A model generated the notes under the pieces. The model saw only the letters and a program-made list of their open reading frames with translations, did not search any database and was not told where the DNA came from. Made by a program: the position numbers and the translations under genes. From Octopus vulgaris (lineage: Eukaryota), in contig OX597823.1 in the NCBI GenBank assembly GCA_951406725.2, forward strand, positions 44,392,001-44,456,000: a stretch of 64,000 nt of DNA. The letters run 5' to 3'. Of the stretch, positions 27,001 to 40,859 are shown in pieces (the stretch's first letter is position 1; every line of letters starts with the position of its first letter).

Positions 27001-27880
27001 TACGAGGTGGTATCAAAATGTTCCTGGACTAGTTCTGTAGTGCACCAACAGATGGCAGCACACAGTTGCGTATGCAGTGAGAACCAGCAGTGACCTTCAT
27101 GAGGCAGTGTGTTGAGTGATATCGCTTTGTTTACCTTGCGAATTGTGAAATTTGTGTTTTTATGATCACGTGTATGCTGTAGTCTGTGATTTTGTCATGG
27201 ACAGGAACAAAGGGCCAACACGAAATTTTGCATTAAACTAGGGAAGTCTGCTACAGAGACATTGAGCATGCTTACAGCGACAAAGCAGTGGTTCATATGC
27301 TATGTTTTCAGTGGCACAGATGCTTCAAAAGCAGAAGAACATCTCTGGAAAACAGTGAGCCTTCTGGAAGACCTGCCTTGAGCATCACCCCTGGAAATGT
27401 GGTTTTGTGCATCAAGAATTTATTCCTCAAGGCCAGATCATCAATTGAGAGTTCTACTGTAACATTTTGAAGCATTTGAGGGAGAACATTCAGCGAAAGT
27501 AATGGAATCTGTGGAGTGTGAAGAATTGGATTCTTCATAACGACAATGCACTCTGTCATCGAGTTCTCCTCACTCATTAGTTTCTCACCAAAAACAACAT
27601 GGTATCGCTTCTGCACCTGCCCTTTTCACCAGATTTAGCACCTGTGAACTTCCATCTCTTCCCCAAGATGAAAATGCAGCTCAAAGGACATTTTAACAGC
27701 GTTGTCTTGATTCAGAGCGAATCATGGAAGGTCCTGGCTTGCTTATGGAAAATGACTTCCAGGCCAGATTCCAAAAATGGCAGGAACTCTGGGACTGGTA
27801 TATTGCTGCATAAGGTGACTGTTTTGATGGGGATGATGTTAAAACATAGGTAAATGGAAACTTTTTGACAACTTCTATAG
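27001..27880 (+). mobile_element. Internally deleted, decayed mariner transposon
   Basis: Left TIR tacgaggtggtatcaaaatgttcc; peptide remnants EQRANTKFCIKLGKSATETLSML, LH.DNA and P.SPDLAP..F.LFPKMK; degenerate right TIR ggaaactttttgacaac. Confidence 0.8.
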
Positions 27881-28048
27881 CTGTCAATAGTCAGCTATTC
27901 CTTTGCTGGTAGGAGAGAGAGAACAAAGGGATGCAGTACACCCACTTCCTACTCGGCCCTCTTCCTTAGGTATCCATCTCAATTACTCATGATTAACAAC
28001 CAGCATTACCCTTCTATATTGCTAACCTTGGCTCTCCTTCCTTATTGT

Positions 28049-28475
28049 TACTCTTTACTCTTTTACCTGTTTCAGTCATTTGACTGTGGCTATGCTGGAG
28101 CACCGCCTTTAGATGAGCAAATCAACCCCAGGACTTATTCTTTGTAAGCCTAGTACTTATTCTATCGGTCTCTTTTGCCGAACCACTAAGTTATGGGGTC
28201 GTAAACACACCAGCATCAGTTGTCAAGCAATGTTGGGGGGACAAACACAGACACACAAACATATACACATGCACGCGCACACACACACACACACATACAT
28301 ACATACATATATATGACGGGCTTCTTTCAGTTTCCGTCTACCAAATCCACTCAAAAGGCTTTGGTTGGCCCAAGGCTATAGTAGAAGACACTTGCCCAAG
28401 GTGCCCCGCAGTGGAACTGAACCCAGAACCATGTGGTTTGTAAGCAAGCTACTTACCACACAGCCACTCCTGTGC
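28049..28475 (-). mobile_element. Full-length tRNA-derived SINE
   Basis: Head on the minus strand (ggagtggctgtgtggtaagtagcttgc...ggttcagttcc), internal microsatellite, (GAGTAAA)-type tail. Confidence 0.85.
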
Positions 28476-28899
28476 ATGTTGACAACTTTGCTCTCTTATT
28501 TTATGGTTATCCATTTCTTTCTCCTCTTACTCTTACCATTATTGTTTCATTGCACCCTATCATTGCTGTCTCTTCCATTACTCCTAGCATTATTCCCCTT
28601 TCCTCCTCCTTTTCCACTGTCATCCCAATCATCCTGTCTCCTCTATTACCCTCACTTCTTTCTCTTTTTCATCATAGTTCTTCCTCTGGTACTATCCTCT
28701 CTTCTCACTCTATCCATCACATTGCCTCATATGAACAGAGTTAACATAGAGCAAAGAGGAGCTTTTTTTTTTTAACATTTAACACAGTACAAAGTATTGC
28801 ACTAGTACTGATACCATGATGAAATACCTTTTGCAGGGTACAAACTATTGTACTAGTACTGATGCCATGATAAAATGCACCCAGTACACTTTCTAATGT

Positions 28900-30240
28900 G
28901 GTTGGCAAATGAGTGGAGACAATCTAGAGTGAAGATATTTAGTCTTGTCTTGTTGAGGACATGACACCTCTTGTGCTTCCATAGTCACACTGGTTACATT
29001 GTAGAGAACTTCTATCTACACCTTCTCAATACTCACACTGAATATGGCCATTTCTTTGATGGTATCAGGGTCCTGTCTTCTCACCCACTTACCATTACTT
29101 TAGTCTCTGCTAAATTTATTATAGACCTCTCAATTCTAGGTTTTCCTTCCATACTTGGAATTTTTCTAATTCTTCATCATTATTGCTTTAAGAATTAGGT
29201 CCCATGGGTTGCTGGTTTTAAACTCCTCTCTTAATGCTTGGAGGACTATAATAAACAGAAGGGGCCAAGGACTGAGCCCTGTGCTCTGATGTTCCCCTAT
29301 TTTCATGTTGAATTCATTGTTATACTCATTACTTACTTTCGTCTTAGTGATTGCACATTTGTACATGACTTGTGTAGCTCTCACAAACCATTCATCTATC
29401 TCAGCTTTCCTTATTGATCATAAGATCACAGAGCATGGAACCCTTTCAAAACCCTTCTTTTGATCAACAAATACCAAGTATGGGAGCTTTTTCACTAGGA
29501 AGATAGCATCAGTGATATTTTTTCCTAGCACAAAACCAAGTTGCATCACATATGTGTCAATTCTCATCCTAATCAATTGCACAATAACTCTTTTGCTAAC
29601 TTTCATAACTTGATTTAATAGTTTGACACCTCTATAATTACCTCTCTTTCTAGGGTATCTTATTTACACCTATAGAAGTTAATGAAGTGGCTGCTACACT
29701 ATTTGTTGGGTACATACTAACTGATAAACTATGTATGTGACTAGCCCATATTCTATACTATTGGATCTTTTAAGCATTTCATTGGTGATTCCTGATGGAG
29801 CAGAGGCATTTCTCACACTCATATCCCTAATTACTCTATCCATCACACTGCTGCTAACCTGAATCACTGGTTTCTCTGTTGGGTCTACTTTAGGAAGATC
29901 CACTTTCTCCTATGTATTTCTCTCATTTGACAACCTTTTGTAATGGCATTTTCATGTTTCTTTCTTTTCAGTATCTCTAAGAGGAAAAGTATTGTTGTTC
30001 ATACTCTCTTCTTCCCGTCCCAATGACATCTTGATTTTCTCTCAAACACTACCTTGCAATCGAGACTGTCTCACATCTTAAAATACTGACAAACTTCTTA
30101 CTCTTGACTTCTCTTCTTGCTAAGTATAGCTGATGTTTATCCTTTATTTCTTCCACTCTTTTGAAGCCTGTGTTTTAGTCTTTATGCCTCTGTCTGTGGA
30201 GCTATTCCACTACCATGTCACTTTCTTTGTGGTTAGGAGA
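28900..30240 (-). mobile_element. Decayed RTE LINE (RT region)
   Basis: Minus-strand remnants Q.GF..GK..TDAIF, FVD.KK.F.RVP, LSP.LFIIVLQAL.EEFK and ..PSGIT.EMLK. Confidence 0.75.
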
Positions 30241-30719
30241 TGTACATATATAGGTTTGGTGGAACAAACAGGAGAAATAAAACTCTACATAAGAGTATAT
30301 ATAAGCTTTTTATGAGGTTTTGAAATTATCTAGGTAACTGAAAAGCCAAGAGTTTTGAGTGCTGCACTTCACAAACTAACTGAAAATTATGAATTCACTC
30401 TTTATATTAGGATGATTTATAGAATCTTCAGTCAAAAATATTGAAGACTATGTGATAATCAGTAAACTTAGAAATTGGCTAGTTAATTAAAAGGGGTAAA
30501 AATATAAAAAGAGAATAAAATGTAGTCTGATATAATAATATAACTACATCTATAACGATATACTCATGTATATAATAAAAATACAACTACACACAGACAT
30601 ACATATTTGTCAAATATATGCACAGAGAGACATGTATATTATACAGACACAAAATATATGAAGGTACACATGTATATACACAATGGAACACACATGCACA
30701 CACACATATGCATGTATAT

Positions 30720-30769
<50 letters not shown>

Positions 30770-32591
30770 TATCAAATCATGCATATATAGGTACATATAT
30801 ATTTACACATATGCTCATGCCTATCAGCAAATAATCAGATGTATATGCATATATAAGTATATATGCACACATGTACATATATATATTTTTTATCAAGAAA
30901 CATACTCACAAATACACAGATTTACATACAAACATATATAACACTATGGTAAGAAATATAAAGAAACCATATAGGCATATTTGAGGAGGTGAAGTACTGG
31001 AGTTGAATCCACAATATTCATCAACTATAGAAGTGTTAGAATACGACCGTACGTGAGGAGCTTCGGTGACATATTTCTCCTCTTGTACAACTGCGTCCGG
31101 CTGCATCCCAACATAACATAATGTAATATAATGTTATGTTATGTAAGCCAAAATACATGTTTGTATGCAGTGCCAAAGTATATGAAATAAGGACTCCAAA
31201 AACCGTTCTACTTTTATAAAGAGAAGATAGATTTATTTCACAGTGTACAAAGTGATGTGTTATATTTAGTGTAGTGTTGTGTCATGAATGCATGCTTATA
31301 ATATTTGTGTCTGTGTGTTCATGTGCGTGAAAGAAGTACAGAAATAAGGTTTATGCAAATACAACAGAGCATAAGAGAAATCTCAACATTTTGAGTTTAA
31401 ATGAAGTTACTTTAGAGTTATTTTACCAGTTCATGTAGTACACGATAATGAGTTCTATACAAGATTTGAGTCTTGGAGCTGAGATTAGTTGAGTCATTTG
31501 TTGTGCATATTTTTCTCTTGATATAGATATTCTTTCAGATATATATACTGCAACTGTTTTTCCGTGGTGAGATTTTCACACTAACGGCATGAGTTGAATC
31601 TGTATTTATCTTGCTGTGTACAAGTTGAAATCTTTGTAGATGGAGACGATGTTGGTGATGATGTTATGTCTGTCACTGGTTTACAATAGCATCTTCATAT
31701 TATGGTTGGCTTGGTTGTCGTCTGCCTTTCGAACTGGAACATGGTTGAGTAAGCTCTGTGTGGTCTCCGACCAAGACCTTAAAGGGTATTAAGCCTAAAG
31801 ACAGTGAATCATGATATACCAGCCTATTTAAAGAGTTAAGATGGCTCAAATGAAAAGTCCTATCCAAAAGCCGTGATTGGTCAGTTTACACACTGGCGCA
31901 AAGCAAGTAGAGAGACAGACCGCGCTTAGATGCTAACCAATCATAATAGTGGACACAACACAGTTAAACTAGCCAAAGATGTTTGTAATCTCAAACGAGA
32001 TCATTCTTAATATTTTTCTCAAACAGTGAAGATAGCAATGAAGAAAACAATATTGCTACAGAAGAAATTAAATAAAAAGATTATACATTTTATATGTAAA
32101 TGTACTTATACAAATACATTTACTTGCTCATATACATATATGTGTGTGCATGAGTATGTATGTACATACTTGCTCACACAGCGCAGGCATGGCTGTATGG
32201 TAAGAAATTTGCTTCCCAACTACATGGTCCTGGGTTCAGCTCCACTCTGTGGCACCTGCACATATTTACTGGCCAAAATAACTCATAGCAGATTAGTTTG
32301 AATATACAGTGAATCAACATTTGCATGGCTTTTGTCTTTGTGCATTAAGTCTGTAGTTCCTACCTTAACTCCAGAAGAAATTGAACTATACTAGCCTGGA
32401 ATCACTTTGGGTGTTATCTCCCAGACTCATACTGAAGAAATACCCTCAGTTATTCTATGCTGGAATTTAGGTGTTCTATGTTGATGCAAATGGTAGAAAT
32501 TTGGTATGTTTGCTCTAATATAGTTTGGCTGAATGCCACATTTAACGTTTATGACTTTTTCTGAAAATTTCTTGAGATTTCTATGTTTTAA

Positions 32592-32812
32592 CCCTTTAGC
32601 ATTCAGATTATTCTGTCAAATGTAATGCTTATTAATGCATATTGTTTTGAATTAAAAATGCATTTTCATGTAGCTTCAAGATTTCGATAATGCGATTGTT
32701 CATTTGTAAGAATGACATTATAGGGTCTGTGTGAGAGGCTGGATCTGGCCAATTTGAACATAAAACAAGTTGAACATTTCAGCCGGATATGGCCGGTTTA
32801 AATGCTAAAGGG
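32592..32812 (-). mobile_element. piggyBac-type MITE (TTAA TSD)
   Basis: TTAA-CCCTTTAGCATT ... AATGCTAAAGGG-TTAA; reverse orientation to the 23010 copy. Confidence 0.85.
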
Positions 32813-32979
32813 TTAAATATCAGAGATTACAATTCTGCAAATATGAAGTTTTTCAAAATAACAATTGATTATCATTTTGTTTTTTTTCTACCCACTTAGT
32901 TCCAAGCACATATTTAGTGGTAAGATTTTCATTTTCAAGACTTTTTCTAGAAGTATAAGCTTTAAATTTTGGATTGTAA

Positions 32980-33150
32980 TATAGGGATTAAGGTCATGGT
33001 TTGGGGATAGGAGTTAGCATTAGTTTTTGGGTCAGTATTAGCATTTAAGTTTTAGGGATAAACTTAGGCTTAAAGTTTAGGATTATAGTTTAAGCTAAGG
33101 GTTTAAGATTAGGGTTTATTGTTAGGAGTAGGGTTTCAGGTTAGGGTTAA
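32980..33150 (+). repeat. Degenerate telomere-like (TTAGGG) tract
   Basis: Multiple ttaggg, ttagg and tagggt variants. Confidence 0.55.
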
Positions 33151-33209
33151 GATTGAAATGATTTGAATTTATGTACAATATTTTGCAGAATTGAAATTGT
33201 GTAAAACAC

Positions 33210-33672
33210 AATGGACTGGGTACTTTCGATGTGGTACCAGCACCAGTGAGGTTTAAACCCTTCCAAAGCTGACCTCACCAGTGCTGGTGTCACATAAAAA
33301 GCACCCAGCTCACTCTTTAAGGTGGTTGGTATTAGGAAAGGCATCAGGCTGTAGAAACCATGTCAAAGCAGTCCCTGCTGGTGTTGATGCCACATAAAAA
33401 GCACCCAGTTCATTCTTTAAGGTAGCTGGTATTAGGAAAGGCATCAGGCTGTAGAAACCATGTTGAAGCAGAACTTGCTGGTGTTGATGCCACATAACAA
33501 GCACCCAATCTCTTCTGTAAAGTGGTTGGCATTAGGAAAGGGATTCAACCGTAAAATCCATGCCAAAACAGACAGTGGAGCTTGGTGCAGTCCTCTGGTT
33601 TGCCAGTCCCTGTCAAACCATCCAACCCATGCCATCATGGAAAATGGATGTTAAATGATGATGATAATGATG
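33210..33672 (+). mobile_element. RTE 3' end with a 100-bp-period triplication
   Basis: cacataa(a/c)aagcaccc recurs at 33291, 33391 and 33491; gatgatgat tail. Confidence 0.75.
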
Positions 33673-34102
33673 GATATCTGAAAAAATAGTTTTAAAAAAT
33701 ATGGTTTACATAGTGTAAACAACTCGGAGTATTTTTTACAAAAGATTTACTATAAATAAAATATATTGCTTTCTTTTATTATCTTTAATTTCTTGGAGTC
33801 TCTAACTTGGGCAACACTGGATATTTCAGCATATATATACATGTGTGTGTGTGTATCAGCATCAGTGCCAAACAGTGATGAAGAATAAACAAACTTGTTA
33901 AAAATATATTTGTGACATAATCTAACTTCTAAATGTAAATTCACTGGAGTTACTATGGAGAAAAAATTCTCTCCTGTGGTAAAAGGTGTCAAAACACTAT
34001 ATCTTCCTAGTGCTTTCCTCTTGTGGAAATCAGTTACATACTTCCTGATTATTTTTTATGGTATATATATATACAGACACACACACACACACATATATAT
34101 AC

Positions 34103-34137
<35 letters not shown>

Positions 34138-35979
34138 CATACATACATACATACATACATACATACATGCACAAGAAGATCTGTACTCTGCAGCAGAAGT
34201 GTTAAGACTGATCCAGCTGGTGGTGTGAAGTACTTGTATACGTATAAGCACCCATCCCATGCAGTGTCACGTAAAAGTACTTGTGTGGTGCATTGTAAAA
34301 GTGCCCATACGGCACCATGTAAAAGTACTCATGTGGTGCCACGTAAAAGCACCCACCACACTCTGTATAGTGGTTGTGTTAGGAAGGGCATCTGGCTGTA
34401 GAAATCATGCCAAATCAGACTGGAGTCTGATGCAGCGCCCCACCTTACCAGCTCTGATTCAACTGTCCAATCCATTCCAGCGTGGACAATAGATGTTAAA
34501 TCATGATGATGATAATGATGATAAATATGTATATGATGCTGATATATACATGCCCACTGGTGTTTGTATACATCCTCTGTACACATGTATGTTGTTAATT
34601 GTGTATATGTGCATATTATGTTTGTATCTATTGTATGTAGGTGTTTGTCTAATATATGTGTGTTTATGTCAGTGCATGTGTTTGTATATGTAAGGCATAT
34701 ATGTGTATTTATGCCTTCAGATTGATCTTGTTATTGTTTCTTTGCAAGGTAAGTCTCAGTTGATGAAATAAATCACTGAACCAGAGACGAAATGAGCTGT
34801 AATTTTTCTTATCATGTTCACACATAAATACACAAGTCTTTATGTTCCTTGTTATTACAAATTGGCATTTTCTGACACATACTGCAGCAGTAATCTTCAT
34901 GTCACGTACTTTCCCATAGAAGCATCCATTTATCTAAACACATATACACATGCAAACAAACAGTTATCTATGCTCACACATTAACACATGCAAACAAACA
35001 ATTATCTATGCTCATACTTTGTCTATGTACATATACACACACACTTTTATGCACCACTTATAAACCCCATGTTTGCATAGTTATATTTTGTTTTGTTAAA
35101 TAACGCTAAATGACTGTTATTGTGATGTGGTTTTGACCTTCCTGCCATTACATTGTCAATTAAAAGTTAAAAACGGTGGTTTGCGTTGGTTGTGCAGGAG
35201 AAAATTACATAGCAGGTAATATGCTATGGATACAGTCACTTTTCTCTTGCTGTTATTTTTTTAGCATTGTTATTGAGTAACCTACAGTCACCTCTGTTTG
35301 AGCAAACTGATAGATAATTTTCTTTCTTTGAAGTTATCGAAATATTGAACTGATAAGAGATAAACTCTACCTCTCTACAGGTCTTATGCTCCTCAAAGCT
35401 CCTCAACTCACATTGCCTGCATGTGGAGCAGTGTTGTAATTACTGAATGTTCGCCACTTGTTTCTCTTTTCTTTCAACAAAACTGTGTAGAGATTAAAAA
35501 AACACAGACATGACTGTGTGGTGAAGAAATTCACTTTCCAGCCACATGATTTTGGATTCAGTCCTACTGCATGACGTTTTGGGCAAGTGTCTTCCATTTT
35601 AGTCCCAGGTTGACCAAAGCCATAATCTTCATGTCGTGCAGATCTGTTGTGTGTGTATCGTGTTGGTTGTTGTCATCATCATCATTATTTGATAGGAGAG
35701 CTGCACCCAATTCCATTATCTGTTTTGCTAGGGTTTCTTCAACTGTATGCCCTTCCTAACACTAATCACTTTACAGAGTGAACTGGGTGCTTCTTATGTT
35801 GCACCAGCACCAGTGGTTCTTTTGTTCTCCTATTATATAACCCCACTTTGTTGAGACGATTGAAAAAAGGTACTTAGATACCAATTCATGGATATTTGTT
35901 GTGTCTTTTGAAATGATGCTAGTTCACTTGGAGTTTTAGGAAAAATATCAGATTTTCTAGGATTCTAAATGTACTAGAT

Positions 35980-36278
35980 CAGTGGTTCCCAAACTGCTCC
36001 CTTGATACCCAGGCCACATTCCTAGTGCCCCTGCCCCAACTAACCATCACAAACAGACCTCTTTCTAAAGCAAATTCAAAGTAACTGTATTTCACAAATA
36101 AAACTTAACATAATGAACCCTTTATTTTGTTGTTTTTACATGAATTGTTACCTCATTATTGCCCCACTTTTTACATGAATCACTTAGCTATTATTGCTCC
36201 ACTTTTCTTCAATGCCCTCTTGGAACTTTCTACCATCCCAGGTGGGTGGGACAATACTGCCCACTTTCGGAACCACTG
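35980..36278. mobile_element. hAT-type MITE with perfect 8-bp TSD
   Basis: TACTAGAT-CAGTGGTTCCCAAA ... TTTCGGAACCACTG-TACTAGAT. Confidence 0.9.
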
Positions 36279-37164
36279 TACTAGATTTTCTAGACTTTTC
36301 TTGCAAGCAACAAATATATAGTTTTTTGCTTGAAAAGATACATCTTGCATATAATTAGTTACTGTTACTGAATCCAGAGTTAATGAGGAGCTTTATAGTT
36401 TGTTGTTCAGCCCTAGGTCTGCTTTGATTGAGTAGACCTATGATCAAGGGCATTATAGTCTTGGTCTATCTTGTTAATGTGAAACTTTTGTATCTGATGT
36501 ATCTTTTCTTTTTATTTTTTTAAGATAGCACAATATGATTCAAGGACGATTTGATTGTTATTTCTAGTATGTTGAAGCCCCCTGTTGGCTTGTTATGTTC
36601 TGTATTTATCCTCTATGATGACTTTTTGATAACATGCTATCTTAAGTTATTTTTTCCTATTATTTCTGATGGAGCTGTGACCATTATAAAATTTTTGTTT
36701 TTTTAAGACAATGTTTTAAAACTAATGAGCAGAGATCTTTCTAGAAATAACAATTGCATAGAAACTTCTTCATTATTTTGTTCAATAGATAGTTTTATTG
36801 TGTGTGTAGTTATTTATTTTCCTGGTGAGTCTCGAGGAAAAGGCAGTGCTCATAGTGGGAAAGATATGAATGAGGAGGGAAGGAATTCCGGAAAACCTGG
36901 ACATTGTGATTAAGGTGGAGCTTGGAAGTTTAAACATAACAAAGGTGTTGTGTTTGGAACATTTTGTTGTTGTTCATAGATTGTTTTATTTCACTTGGTT
37001 GTGGCTATACTTCCACCCATGATGCTGATATACTGTTTATAAATAAATTGATTAAATGTTTTTATGATTTGACCCTGTTGTTGAAATGAACATTTGATTA
37101 AATTTATTTTTGTATATTATGTAACTGTTAATGATTTTTGTTTTATTTTTTCTCCCTTTTCTAG

Positions 37165-37259
37165 GCAGCTTATAAAGAAATGGTTCCAATACTTGTTTAA
37201 TTAGATGTGATATCGTGGAAAGATTTTGGTAATCAAACCCCTGCTGAAAGTTTCGACTA
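37165..37259 (+). other. Probable non-coding 5'-UTR exon of the ROCO gene
   Basis: Strong acceptor ttttctcccttttctAG and donor cta|GTAAGT around unique sequence. Splicing to 45366 puts an in-frame TAA just upstream of ATG 45376. Confidence 0.65.
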
Positions 37260-37367
37260 GTAAGTATTTCTTTTTTTCTATTTTCCTTTTCAGGATGTTA
37301 TGTAATGTTTATTTCTTGATACTTTACAAGGGTGTTGATTTGGGAAAGAAGATATTTTCCTCTAAAC

Positions 37368-37652
37368 CAGTGGTTCTCAGTCAGGGTCCACATGGCCTCT
37401 TTGGAGGTCCATGGGACAAAAACTTTAGGGACCTTGAAAAAGTTTTGCTTTAAATGTATGTAGTGGTATGTATGGCAAGAAACAGCCAGGCATTTTTCAC
37501 TAACATTTTGCATAGTTCAGCAAACACAAATTAATGTGTGAGAAACAAAATAAGAATTTTGAAAGAAGTATCTATAAAACTAGTTTTTAAGTATGAAAAT
37601 GGTTATGGGGGTCCACCAAAGGCGTCTGCAGATAAAAAATGGTTGAGAACAC
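37368..37652. mobile_element. hAT-type MITE (degenerate right end)
   Basis: CAGTGGTTCTCA ... aaaatggttgagaacac. Confidence 0.6.
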
Positions 37653-39058
37653 CTAAACTATTACATGTGCATGCACACAAAACAAATTATCATGTGCACA
37701 TAAAAAGTTAGTTGCTTAAAATGATGTTCTTTCATTTAATGTCTATGGTGGGGCTGGATGGGGCAACATTTTATGGCTGGATGCTCTTCCTGTTACCAAC
37801 ACTTACCTATTTTTCAGATATATTTGACTAGTCTTTGAACATGCAAAGTGACCAATTATCATGTCAATTAGGAATGTACACATCATATTACTGATTTGCT
37901 CAGATGATGACCGAAGTGCATGCACATACATGGGAGCTTACTTATATACACACACACGTCATTGTTGTCACTTTAACATTTGCTTTTGATGCCTTCATGT
38001 GTCAGGCAAAAGTGTGTTGAGGCAGAATTGTTTCCTACTGAATGTCTTTCCATGTGTCCACTCTATTTGTTTCCAATCTCTCTGTCTAGCAAACAACAAA
38101 CTTATGTGGAGAACTGGAAATAAACACCATTGGTTGAATAAGCCTTTTGTTTATAAAGATCATGCAACATGTCAAGAAGCCCAGACATGCAAACAAACAA
38201 TACCACCAGAAGCTATTGTTTACAAACCAGTGAATGTGAAAGAAATACAAACGTCACTCACACAAATGCACATTCACACACATAGACATAAACACAAACA
38301 CACAAACACGTAAATAACATGACATGGAGAATTTTAGATAGAGCTTCACCTTACATAAAAGACCCATCAAATGTAATTTATGTCTTTTGGAAAAATTCTA
38401 TATTTTATTCCAGGACAATAGCGCTTTGAATCAAAGACGCAAACTCTTGAATTCCTGCAGACATGCAACAAAATTTAAAATGTCAGCTGACAAAATACCA
38501 TGTCGATAGTATATATTTTTTGAATCTTGAACTAGTTTTCAATCCCACTGTTGGATTTGTATTTTGTAATGCATGGATTTTCGCATCGCAAAAATATTGT
38601 AAATATTGCGACGTATTTCTTGAGAAAATCTTTGACTGTTTTATGTATATATTATTCTCATGTTTAAGATTTTATTTTTATTCCATTTAATCATTATATT
38701 TATAGATAATTCGATATATGGTGTCCATTTTGCATGTCTTTTATCCAATTTTTATTATTATACACTCAGCAATTTTTAAAAAGTTGTTTGTATATATACG
38801 TTAAGACCTAGATATGCTTTTATGTGGATGTCTGTATTGTAAGCATGCATATGTATTCGTATGTGTGCGTCTGTGTATATGTGTAAGCTTGTATGTTTAT
38901 ACTTGTACACATATGTATATGGATGTATATGTATACATGTATACACTTATATTTGTGTGGATATGTATTTACGTGCATATTTCTATATCTTTATATACGT
39001 GATCTTATATGTGTATTTATATGCCAATATATACTTATGTATATATATGTAATTTTAT

Positions 39059-39886
39059 GGATCTTTTCCTTTTGAACAGCACTTTGTAACATAATTTCTA
39101 GTTAACTAAACACTTTTAAACTTCGTATACTGGTAGAATGTGTTTATAAAACATCTTTTTTTCTTGGCTTTATTGTGAAAATTCTATAGTTTGTAAGATA
39201 TTTCATCTGAAATTTCGAGCATTTCGGCAATTTTAACCAATTGCTGGAGTCCATTTAGGTAAACAACATTCCGTGCTGTATGAATATGTCCCTCCTTTAA
39301 GAAACAGATTGGGTTTATTTACATTTGTGAAGAAAAAAAGATACCCTTCCCCAACCTCAAACCCTAACTAACCCTAACCCTAAATCTAAAATAGATTGAA
39401 ATGCAATAGATCGATACTAGGGCCATAATTATGGGTGTCATTTTCATTTGACACCGCTAGAAAAAAATCCCATTTTCCATAGTGGTGTCGTATGAAATTG
39501 TCACTCATAATTATGGCCCTAGTATCGATTTATTGCATTTCAATCTATTTTAGATTTAGGGTGAGAGTTAGGGTTGGTTAAGGTTAGGGGTGGGGGAAGT
39601 GTATCTTTTTTCTTTACAAATGTAAATAAACGCAATCTGTTTCTTAGAGGAGGGACATATTCATACAGCACGGAACGTTTTTTACCTAAATGGACTCCAG
39701 CGATTGGTTAAAATTGCCGAAATGCTCGAAATTTCAGACGAAATATCTTACAACCTATAGAATTTTCTCATTAAAGCCCAAGAAAAAATGATGTTTTATA
39801 AACACATTCTACCAGTATACGAAGTTTAAAAGTGTTCAGTTAACTAGAAATTATGTTGAAAAGTGCCATTCAAAAGGAAAAGATCC
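39059..39886. mobile_element. Foldback MITE: ~400-bp TIRs, GG termini, 8-bp TSD (Merlin- or MULE-like)
   Basis: AATTTTAT-GGATCTTTTCCTTTTGAA ... TTCAAAAGGAAAAGATCC-AATTTTAT. The arms are complementary almost to the centre (~39460-39480) and contain internal (TAACCC)n tracts. Confidence 0.92.
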
Positions 39887-40509
39887 AATTTTATTTTATG
39901 TGTATGTTTGTTACACATATTCCATCACCTATTTCTCTTTCTTTTTCTTTCCTTACACAAAGTACCCTTTTTCTCCCTATTCGTTACTTTGATAGTGTCC
40001 TTAAACAATGCGTTCCTCTTCTCCCCCCTTACTTCCCTCTTTCTTTCGCTAGCTGTTACATTTTTTCTTTTCTTTCCCCCTCCCTACGTTTAAGATATAC
40101 TTTCTATCTCTTGTCTGTTATAACTAACTTGTATATGTATGCACCAAGAGATTTTTATGCACGTCCATATATGTATATGTGTGTATGTGTATTTGTGCGT
40201 ATATTTATGTCTTACATATATATGCCTGTATATGTATGTAGCTATGTGCATGCATCTGTGTATTTTGATGTATATATGTATATGGTCTAGTATGGGTATA
40301 TACTGTTGTAAAATATGTAATGCAGCGTGAACATTTTAATTTTAATGTATTAATTGACTTATATTTTGTATATAATTATTTACAATATGTATTTTGAATC
40401 TACTCTACGATTTAAGGTTTTCTTCAATTTTACAATAGGATGAATTTATATTGGATTCATTTATTTTGTTCATTGCATGCTTAAGACAGTTAATTGAAAC
40501 GATCAATAA

Positions 40510-40830
40510 AACAAATCCAAGCATCTCAACAATCTCACCAGACCTACCTTTCAGTGTGCCCACAGTGAGTCTGCCAACCCTGAGGGTTTGGGCTTGTGAG
40601 ACCCTGGGATGGGGGACAGCAGCGTCATGCACCTGAAAAGAAAGCTCCCATTTGGCAGATTTCATAAACAAACAACAGCCTTCAATCTGCATACAATACA
40701 CCATCATTTTTATGTGCTATATGATCACTGGGGCTCTGCCATTTGGTGTTCCTACATAATTTTACTTCATGGATGCTTTTCAGGAATTGACATTTGGTGC
40801 ATGAGGTAGTTTGATGCCGCTGCCCTCATC
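40510..40830 (-). mobile_element. RTE LINE 5' fragment (start of endonuclease)
   Basis: LRVGRLTVGTLKGRSGEIVEML resembles the RTE APE N-terminus (.GT.NV.TL.G...E....L). Confidence 0.65.
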
Positions 40831-40859
40831 TGCACCACAGGCAATAAAAAAAACAAGGG

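Noticed and set aside
30940-31230. Possible Helitron remnant (minus-strand TC..TTTATAAAA start and a YVG.CSR-like trace)
   Set aside because: No clear 3' hairpin or CTAG end and the peptide trace is too weak.
31500-32030. Unique-looking, moderately CpG-rich segment with inverted TGATTGG/CCAATCA motifs
   Set aside because: No ORF, splice pair or termini identified; probably the 5' part of an old TE and not supportable as a feature.
32980-33150. Interstitial telomere as a chromosome-fusion relic
   Set aside because: Short, highly degenerate and one orientation only; similar tracts occur inside a MITE at 39350-39600, so a TE origin is simpler.
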